Source: Promethearchaeia archaeon (GTDB taxonomy: Archaea; Asgardarchaeota; Lokiarchaeia; Sigyniarchaeales; SOKP01). Taken from it: a DNA stretch of 13,753 bases. The notes under the pieces are model-generated. The model was not told where the DNA came from. It saw only the letters and a program-made list of their open reading frames with translations, and made no database searches. The position numbers were made by a program, and so were the translations under genes. The stretch is taken from assembly GCA_029856105.1 (NCBI GenBank), contig JAHQWH010000227.1, forward strand, positions 1-13,753, written 5' to 3'. Of the stretch, positions 7,875 through 13,753 are shown piece by piece (position 1 is the first letter of the stretch; each line of letters starts with the position of its first letter).

Positions 7875-8955
7875 AAATAATTTCCTCATTGAAAAAATCA
7901 AAGTTCTTAGATCTAAAACTATTAGAAAAAAGTCAAAATTTGAAGACGAACGATTAGATAAACCAGTAAGTTTTTGGATAAAAGAAGATCGTTTGCTCAA
8001 GGAAAAAGGAAAGGAGTTCACGATTATATTAAGAACAAAGGGATGTAGTTGGGCATTAGGAGAAACTGGAGGGTGTTCAATGTGTGGATATATTCAAGAT
8101 TCTACCATTGTCGAAATTGACCCTAATCATATTATCAACCAATTTGATTATGCCTTACAAAAAAAAATCAAGGAAATTTCTATCGACAAAGATGATTTCA
8201 TCCTCAAGATTTTTAATTCTGGAAGCTTTTTCGATGACGACGAAATATCTGCAGATGTTCGTGAACATATATATAAAAAAATCGCTGAAATCCCTAAAAT
8301 AAAAGAAATTGTTGTAGAATCTCGAGTTGATTATATAACTCGTGAGAAGCTTAAAAAAATGAAAGGCATATTAGAAAATAAGTACATCGAAGTAGCAATA
8401 GGTTTGGAAACGGTAAATGATTACATTAGAAATATTTACGTAAATAAAGGCCTAAAATTCGAAGATTTTTTAAAGGCAGTCCAAATTTGTAAGGAAAATA
8501 ATATAGGTGTGAGAGTGTATTTATTGTTTAAACCACCCTTCCTAAATGAACAAACAGCAATAGATGATTGTGCTAGTTCTATTCAAAAATTAGCTGAATT
8601 AAAGGTTAATACTATTTCAATCAACCCTCTCAACATTCAAAAAAATTCACTAGTGGAATATTTATGGTATCAGAACCGATATCGGCCCCCTTGGTTTTAT
8701 TCTTTATTTAAATGTATAATTAAAGCTTGCAAAGACAATTCTATCTTGGATTCAGTTAGGATTATATCATCGCCCTCTGGAGCTGGCTCGAAAAGAGGAA
8801 TTCACAATTGTTTAAAAAGAGATTGCAACGAATTTATGATAAACTCTCTCAAAGAATTTGTAATTTCTCAAAATATCAATTGTTTAGTAAAAAAAGACGA
8901 TAGCTACTCGTGTGGGTGCCTAATAAAATATCAGTTGCAGAAAAATTTCATTTAA
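7852..8955 (+). CDS. raSEA: Archaeosine biosynthesis radical SAM enzyme RaSEA
   Basis: ILRTKGCSWALGETGGCSMCGY (CX9CX2C), KIFNSGSFFDDDE, VESR, AIGLET, YLLFKPPFLNE, YRPPW, GSKRGIHNC and a terminal CGC match the TIGR01210-type family. Overlaps the arcS stop. Start is ATG 7852 or TTG 7846. Confidence 0.92.
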   Translation: MSTKKLNENNFLIEKIKVLRSKTIRKKSKFEDERLDKPVSFWIKEDRLLKEKGKEFTIILRTKGCSWALGETGGCSMCGYIQDSTIVEIDPNHIINQFDYALQKKIKEISIDKDDFILKIFNSGSFFDDDEISADVREHIYKKIAEIPKIKEIVVESRVDYITREKLKKMKGILENKYIEVAIGLETVNDYIRNIYVNKGLKFEDFLKAVQICKENNIGVRVYLLFKPPFLNEQTAIDDCASSIQKLAELKVNTISINPLNIQKNSLVEYLWYQNRYRPPWFYSLFKCIIKACKDNSILDSVRIISSPSGAGSKRGIHNCLKRDCNEFMINSLKEFVISQNINCLVKKDDSYSCGCLIKYQLQKNFI

Positions 8956-9161
8956 TAAATACAATTAAGATGACAATTAAAATAAATTCTTGAACTCACT
9001 TTTAAAAGTAATCAAAAACGGACAGAATTTTTGTATTTTTGTCGAAAATCAATAATTTATTTATCTATCCCACCCATTTCCCGTTTATTAAGATTTTTAA
9101 AATAACGTACATTTGGAATAAATTAATCATTTTTGTAAGCCCTTTTTAAATAAAGGGTATA

Positions 9162-9169
9162 TTTATATA
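9162..9169 (+). promoter_or_regulatory. Candidate TATA box for gar1-tfb
   Basis: TTTATATA about 50 nt upstream of the gar1 TTG, preceded by purine-rich AAAGGG. Confidence 0.35.
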
Positions 9170-9220
9170 TTATTTAACAATTTTCTATTCTATATTTTAA
9201 ATAATAGTTAGGGTCGTCGT

Positions 9221-9469
9221 TTGCAAAAATATATTAAGCTAAATCTATCCTATCTCGGGAAGTCTAAGAAACATCAGATCTTTAGAGCTAAAAGGTGGGA
9301 CAAAAACCTTGAAAATATTTTTCATAAATCTGTTTTTACGGAAAAATACGAAGAAATTGGTTATATTAAAGAAATTTTTGGTCCTATAAATTTGCCATTT
9401 ATTTCTATAAATACATTACCTAACAAAAAATTTAATCCAAATGATACTCTCTATGCTAAATTACATTAG
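9221..9469 (+). CDS. gar1: H/ACA RNP subunit Gar1/Naf1-family protein
   Basis: 82 aa with EEIGYIKEIFGPINLPFISI, matching the Gar1 motif G-x-V/I-x-D/E-V/I-F-G-P-V-x-x-P-Y. Its position directly upstream of tfb is a gene order known from many archaea. Confidence 0.85.
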   Translation: MQKYIKLNLSYLGKSKKHQIFRAKRWDKNLENIFHKSVFTEKYEEIGYIKEIFGPINLPFISINTLPNKKFNPNDTLYAKLH

Positions 9470-9518
9470 TATTTTATATTTATTTTAAGAAAAAGAAATA
9501 TCAAAAAAGGTGTAAATT

Positions 9519-10481
9519 ATTTCAAGTTGGAACCAAAGCAACGCATTTGAAGAAAATAATTTGAATATAAGTGATGTTAGTTGTAGTGAATGCGGTAAAA
9601 ATATTCTATTTGACGAAAATAGAGGTTTATTGGTTTGTCAAGAATGTGGTTTAGTACACTCAGAAAAGCATATAGATCAGGGTCCTGAATGGCGTGCTTT
9701 TGATGCAGATCAAAAAAAAAAAAGAACTAGGACAGGAGCGCCTATGACATATATGATCCACGACAAGGGCTTAAGCACAATGATAGACTGGAAAAATAAG
9801 GATATCTTTGGCAAAGAGATTTCTGCTAAGATTAGAGGCCAAATATATCGCTTGAGAAAGTGGCAAAGTAGGATTAGAGTATCAGATGCAACTGAAAGAA
9901 ACTTGACTTTTGCCTTAAGTGAGTTAGATCGCATGGCTTCAAACCTTGATCTTCAGAAAAATCTTCGAGAATGTTCTGCAAAAATCTATAGAGACGCTGT
10001 TGGAGCTCATCTTATTCGAGGAAGAAGCATTGAAGGCGTTGCTGCTGCAAGTCTATATGCCGCTTGTAGAAGGTATAAAGTACCACGCACATTAAACGAG
10101 ATAGCAGAAGTTGCTCGTGTTGATAAAAAAGAAATAGGACGATCCTTCAGATTTATCTCAAGAGAATTAGAACTAAATTTAAACCCAACTAAACCATTAG
10201 ATTTTCTTACTCGGTTTATATCTGAATTAGAACTATCTACAGATTGTCAAAAAATGGCAAAGAAAATTATTAAAAAAGCTGAATTAATGGGACTAACCTC
10301 TGGGCGTGGACCAACGGGATTATGTGCCGCAGCAATTTATACCGCATCAATTCTCACTAAAGAACGGAGAACTCAAAGAAAAATAGCCAAAGTTAGTCAA
10401 GTCACAGAGGTGACCGTTCGAAATCGCTTCTCCGAACTTATAGAAAATTTAGATCTTGGAATTAGTTTAAAGAAAAAGTAA
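9519..10481 (+). CDS. tfb: Transcription initiation factor IIB (TFB)
   Basis: Zn ribbon CSEC...CQEC, B-reader [15 protein letters not shown], two cyclin repeats (LIRGRSIEG; TSGRGPTG) and C-terminal [22 protein letters not shown]. The start is uncertain: ATT 9519 (6 nt after SD-like AAGGTG) or TTG 9561. Confidence 0.97.
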   Translation: MSSWNQSNAFEENNLNISDVSCSECGKNILFDENRGLLVCQECGLVHSEKHIDQGPEWRAFDADQKKKRTRTGAPMTYMIHDKGLSTMIDWKNKDIFGKEISAKIRGQIYRLRKWQSRIRVSDATERNLTFALSELDRMASNLDLQKNLRECSAKIYRDAVGAHLIRGRSIEGVAAASLYAACRRYKVPRTLNEIAEVARVDKKEIGRSFRFISRELELNLNPTKPLDFLTRFISELELSTDCQKMAKKIIKKAELMGLTSGRGPTGLCAAAIYTASILTKERRTQRKIAKVSQVTEVTVRNRFSELIENLDLGISLKKK

Positions 10482-10595
10482 TTTTTCATTTTGTACAAAC
10501 TCTCTTTTTTGTAATACCTTCATAATATATTGATTTAAGACATTTTTTTTCCAATTTTATTCTATCGATTATAAGATTTTGATAGGTCAGGTATA

Positions 10596-10952
10596 ATGAA
10601 ACAAGAGAATACTAGATTAATAAATCAAATTGAAGTAAACTATTTCTTACACAGGATTAAGAAAAATTTCCCCAATTTTGTAGCAGGCGTAATAACCGAT
10701 AAAAATGGATTCGCAATAGGCTCGGATATCTCAAAAAGACTTTGGATTCACGAGAATAAACTAGCTTTATGGGCAATATCCAAAAATAAGGAGAATAAGG
10801 ATATCTTAAACGATCCAAATTTAGTTCAACTCAAGTTTGATATCGATAAAGGGAAGAGATTTAAACTATTTATTTTGTTAGAAAAATCGAAAAATAATAA
10901 AAACAGAGTAAAACCCTTAAAAACTTTGATTAGCTCGCAAGAGTTATTTTAA
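10596..10952 (+). CDS. Hypothetical protein with roadblock/profilin-like N-terminal half
   Basis: Helix followed by NFVAGVITDKNGFAIGS, the h-h-h-x-D-x-x-G-h-x-I pattern of roadblock/longin-like folds. SD-like AGGT lies upstream of the ATG. Confidence 0.6.
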   Translation: MKQENTRLINQIEVNYFLHRIKKNFPNFVAGVITDKNGFAIGSDISKRLWIHENKLALWAISKNKENKDILNDPNLVQLKFDIDKGKRFKLFILLEKSKNNKNRVKPLKTLISSQELF

Positions 10953-11129
10953 TCCGTTGCGCAACATAAAACTATTTAGAGTGAATTAAATTTTTATAGA
11001 TAGAATTTTATTTTTATACTATATATACTTAAAAAGGATAATTAGAGTTTACTTTAAATAAATTCTTTTTAATAAAAAAGCACATTGGATAATATCTAAA
11101 TCGCTTAAAAAAATAAATGGTAGGTCCAA

Positions 11130-11603
11130 TTGAGTTATTCTCAGGACGAAAATACATTAAAAAAAATATTAAACGAAATTATTAATAGTACGCCAGGTTT
11201 AAAATACGCTATAATCATAGACGATACTGGAATAACTATTGTGAGCGAGTCTAAATTCATTCTAAAGGCTTCCAAAGACGATATCTCCGTTGAAAAAATT
11301 GGAGCAATTGGAGGTGCTGTGTTCACCGCTGGCGAAGAACAAGGATACATCCTCGGTTATGGAAACATTCACCTACAAATCACTGAATATTTTAAAGGGA
11401 TGATTTTTTCTATAAAAGCAGGTAAAGGAGTGTTATGCGTTGCTTCAGATAAAAATATTCAAATAGGGCTTGTAAGAGCGATAATGAACAAGTACTCGCC
11501 AAAGATTGCGGTAATTTTAAACCAATACATTCAAACAGAGGAAGGAGAAATCAATAAAGAGTTGAAAGAACTCTTTAATGCGGACACGGTTAGTCTTTTA
11601 TGA
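11130..11603 (+). CDS. Roadblock/LC7 (MglB/LAMTOR-like) domain protein with C-terminal helical extension
   Basis: LKKILNEIINSTPGLKYAIIIDDTGITIVS...VEKIGAIGGAVF...LQITEYFKGMIFSIKAGKGVLCVASDKNIQIGLVRAIM follows the canonical roadblock pattern. SD-like GGTAGGT lies upstream of the TTG. Confidence 0.9.
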   Translation: MSYSQDENTLKKILNEIINSTPGLKYAIIIDDTGITIVSESKFILKASKDDISVEKIGAIGGAVFTAGEEQGYILGYGNIHLQITEYFKGMIFSIKAGKGVLCVASDKNIQIGLVRAIMNKYSPKIAVILNQYIQTEEGEINKELKELFNADTVSLL

Positions 11604-11610
11604 TGAATAC

Positions 11611-11624
11611 TCTTTTCTCTTTTT
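11611..11624 (+). terminator. Pyrimidine/T-rich archaeal-type terminator for the roadblock gene
   Basis: TCTTTTCTCTTTTT begins 8 nt after the TGA stop. Confidence 0.4.
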
Positions 11625-11646
11625 GAAGTAAGTACAAATTCTTTTT

Positions 11647-11958
11647 AAAATCAGCATATATTGTAGCCTAGTGCACTAACACATAATTTATCATTTAATG
11701 GTTATTCCATAAAATCAAATAAGTTCTCTCGTGCTAGGCGATAATTTCTATGCCTTTTTGGGGCATAATCATATCTGCACGCTGGGTACTGACTCGAATC
11801 TCATCGCACGGAATTACCTTAGCTTGATTAAGAGCCCATTTTTGATGCAGTAAATTGTTGATTAATAAACTCAGGATGTACGCATAAGTTTGCACACGTA
11901 ATCACGGGTTATCATACGTGTCCTCGAATATGCCAATGTTCCATCATCATTTTCCCAT
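11647..11958 (-). ncRNA. Multi-hairpin box H/ACA guide RNA (or cluster) flanked by box C and box D motifs
   Basis: Minus strand, 5' to 3': box C AUGAUGA (11950-11944); hairpin 1 (11933-11882) with K-loop, then ACA (11879-11877) and CUGA (11874-11871); hairpin 2 CUGCAU/GUGCAG (11850-11775), then AUAUGA; small hairpin UAUGCC/GGCAUA (11767-11749); hairpin 3 GCCUAG/CUAGGC (11739-11666), then ACA (11664-11662); terminal CUGA (11654-11651). GC is elevated relative to the flanks and there is no credible ORF. Confidence 0.75.
11877..11933 (-). ncRNA. H/ACA hairpin predicted to guide LSU rRNA pseudouridylation at E. coli-equivalent U2496
   Basis: Lower stem GCAUA/UAUGC. Pocket 5'-UUCGAGG and 5'-GCAAACU. 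Upper stem ACACGUA/UACGUGU capped by the K-loop AUGA-UAACCC-GUGAUUA. ACA lies exactly 14 nt from the upper stem. The pocket is complementary to RGUUUGC-U-N-CCUCGA. Confidence 0.85.
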
Positions 11959-11978
11959 GTAATAATAAAAAAGCTGAG

Positions 11979-11986
11979 TTAAAAAA
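11979..11986 (-). promoter_or_regulatory. Candidate TATA box for the guide RNA
   Basis: The minus strand reads GAATAAA-TTTTTTAA about 25 nt upstream of the AUGGGAAAAUGAUGA 5' end, which is archaeal BRE/TATA spacing. Confidence 0.35.
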
Positions 11987-12077
11987 TTTATTCTATTTAA
12001 GTGGGAAATTTAATTTACTCTTAACTAATTTTTTATATTTTCATTAAGTTCGTTATTAATTTATAATATCATGTAAA

Positions 12078-12094
12078 ATCACTAATTTAGTGAT
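12078..12094. repeat. Perfect 8-bp inverted repeat, 1-nt spacer
   Basis: ATCACTAA-T-TTAGTGAT. Confidence 0.6.
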
Positions 12095-12188
12095 AAAAAT
12101 TGACAAAATATGATGACTGCTAATAAAAAAGAAAGAAATAAAAAAAAAAAAATTATTTATTTATTAAAATTTTGTTATTTGGGTTTGT

Positions 12189-13753
12189 TTACTGCTCGTA
12201 TAATGCTGGAATATCCCACCATACGGGATAGAAGTAAGTTCTGCCCATTGCGTTTGATGGAAAATCCATTAAGTCTTTGAGCCATGCATCATTATCTATA
12301 CCGACGTATCCATATGCCCAAGGCATATCTTGTTCTACTAGAAGTGTTTGAATCCTATCGTAATAGACTTCTCTTTTATGATCGTCCGTTTCTAATAATG
12401 CTTCTTCCATTAAGAGCTGTACGTTGTCCATTAGGTCAAAAGCGTCCCTACCAGCTTCAATTGCGGATAAATATCCATTATATTTAGCACCATTAGATGC
12501 AACAGATCTGTTGGTAAATAATGGATTAATATAGTTGCTAGGATCATTATAATCGGGAATCCATCCGATCCAGAACATTTGGTTTAAATCTCTGTGGAGA
12601 CCAGCGAGTTCGTACAAACTTAAGATGAATTGTTCAAACGTGGTACCAGCGTCTTCTACTTCTATTCCAATATAATCAAGATTATCCACCAAAAGAACAT
12701 ACATATTTTCCCGCATATCATTACCAATGTTATAAGTATAGTTAAACGTAGCAAAAGTTGCGGCTTTCCATTCAGCATCAGTTGTGAATCCAACACCATA
12801 TCCCATACTTTGCATAGTAGCTTGGGCTGCAGCACGATTAAAGAGTGTTACATCATTTGTCCAGTTAGCATATGCTATACCTTCTGGGATAGGTGATTTT
12901 AACCTGACTGCTTGTCCTTCTTTTAGCTCTTCAATTATAAAAGAATAATTTATTGCCTGAGAAATTGCTTTCCTAAAGGTTGTGTTAATCCAAACGCTAT
13001 TCATTCCAAGATATTGAACTCCAAGATCTTGTCCAGCTTCAAAGAGCGTAATATCTGGATCCGAGTCAAATGTAGATAACATAGAACCCATAGGATCAGT
13101 TATGATATCAACATCACCGGATAATAAAGCATTATTTCTGATTTGAGGGTCGGTGATAATAGAGAAGATTAATGTATCAATCTTAGGTCGTAATCTCCAG
13201 TAAAAATCGTTTGCGTGGAATAATATTTCAACGCCGGCTTCATAACCGTCATAAACAAACGGTCCGGTACCAACCAAGTCTCCATTTGCAGTGTCGATTG
13301 GTTCATCGAGAGGAGTGGAAGCTGGTGAAAGCATATATGCCGCATTAAAGGATAAGATAGCTTCGAAGGCACTATATATCGTATTTAAAGTGAATTTTAT
13401 TGTATAATCATCCACGACTTCCGTTTTATTAATAATATTGTGAAATACTGGCGCTGTTTCTCCTGTAGTAATGTTAACAACATCTGTTCTAACGTAAAAT
13501 TGATAAAGCTCTCCAGCTTTAGCTAATTGATTGGCCATTAAACCAGCTAATCTGTCGAAATTCCATTTAGCGGCAACAGCATCAAATTTGGTACCATCAT
13601 GGAACCATACATCATCTCTTAACTCAACGGTATATGTAGGTAGTACTCCAGTAAAGTTCCAATCACCTTTAGCTTTTGCGAGTATTGGTAAAATTTCTAA
13701 GTCAGGATCGGTTAAATTGTACATAAATAATGCTTCACAAACTTGATCATGTA
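12189..13753 (-). CDS. ABC transporter substrate-binding protein, family 5 (DppA/OppA/NikA-like), 5' end outside window
   Basis: LRDDVWFHDGTKFDAVAAKWNFDR, VVDDYTIKFTL, VGTGPF, FRKAISQAIN and WIPDYNDP. The frame stays open upstream of the track's M (HDQVCEALF-MYNL, resembling the family's 'xYEgL' motif), so the true start is beyond 13753. Confidence 0.93.
   Translation of the reverse strand, partial: HDQVCEALFMYNLTDPDLEILPILAKAKGDWNFTGVLPTYTVELRDDVWFHDGTKFDAVAAKWNFDRLAGLMANQLAKAGELYQFYVRTDVVNITTGETAPVFHNIINKTEVVDDYTIKFTLNTIYSAFEAILSFNAAYMLSPASTPLDEPIDTANGDLVGTGPFVYDGYEAGVEILFHANDFYWRLRPKIDTLIFSIITDPQIRNNALLSGDVDIITDPMGSMLSTFDSDPDITLFEAGQDLGVQYLGMNSVWINTTFRKAISQAINYSFIIEELKEGQAVRLKSPIPEGIAYANWTNDVTLFNRAAAQATMQSMGYGVGFTTDAEWKAATFATFNYTYNIGNDMRENMYVLLVDNLDYIGIEVEDAGTTFEQFILSLYELAGLHRDLNQMFWIGWIPDYNDPSNYINPLFTNRSVASNGAKYNGYLSAIEAGRDAFDLMDNVQLLMEEALLETDDHKREVYYDRIQTLLVEQDMPWAYGYVGIDNDAWLKDLMDFPSNAMGRTYFYPVWWDIPALYEQ

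Noticed and set aside
9065-9130. 21-aa minus-strand ORF (MINLFQMYVILKILINGKWVG)
   Set aside because: Too short and AT-driven, with no supporting signal.
2437-11350. Short track ORFs 2437-2637, 5406-5615, 7830-8021, 8084-8302, 9710-9934 and 11141-11350
   Set aside because: All are nested in or antisense to well-supported genes.
11749-11767. Plus-strand hairpin with GCCUUUUUG resembling U5 snRNA loop I
   Set aside because: It does not match the invariant GCCUUUUAC, GCC is paired in the stem, and all other signals point to the minus strand.
11660-11793. Plus-strand segments antisense to archaeal 16S (ATTGTAGCC, GGGGCATA, TACTGAC)
   Set aside because: The plus strand lacks a lower stem, K-turn, ACA or properly placed C/D boxes. 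These short matches may be chance.
11791-11803. GAUUCGAGUC resembling a tRNA T-loop
   Set aside because: No cloverleaf, acceptor stem or anticodon arm can be built around it.
11734-11958. Minus-strand frame ATG-GGA-AAA-TGA-TGA...TAG (74 codons, three TGA) as a selenoprotein, with the AUGA/GA hairpin as a SECIS
   Set aside because: The translation resembles no family I recognise. The TGAs coincide with box C and K-loop motifs, the hairpin lies inside the frame, and the H/ACA model explains it far better.
12284-13746. Short ORFs 12284-12487, 12630-12896, 13169-13372 and 13531-13746
   Set aside because: Shadow or alternate-frame ORFs of the solute-binding protein gene.
1-13753. CRISPR array, transposase, integrase or prophage
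   Set aside because: No periodic direct repeats, terminal inverted repeats or mobile-element proteins were seen.

Overview
AT-rich archaeal chromosome segment, most consistent with an Asgard archaeon of the Lokiarchaeia type (inferred from archaeal DnaG, TFB, Gar1 and ArcS/RaSEA plus tandem roadblock genes). Gene order: dnaG (minus, missed by the ORF track, runs off the left edge), a 47-aa small ORF, a divergent ArsA/Get3-family ATPase, a cupin and ahcY (minus), a tandem-duplicated Lrp/AsnC regulator, overlapping arcS and raSEA (archaeosine synthesis), gar1, tfb, two roadblock-like genes, and a family-5 ABC solute-binding protein (minus, runs off the right edge). The most notable element is the apparently empty interval 11647-11958. 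On the minus strand it folds into a ~310-nt multi-hairpin H/ACA guide RNA flanked by box C and box D motifs. Its first hairpin has a K-loop, an ACA box 14 nt below the upper stem, and a 7+6-nt pocket matching the archaeal LSU rRNA sequence GUUUGC-U-A-CCUCGA (E. coli-equivalent U2496, yeast Psi2865). Second, dnaG, and possibly tfb, appear to start at non-canonical ATT codons behind Shine-Dalgarno-like motifs. All folds and motif matches were derived by eye, and no database search was run.
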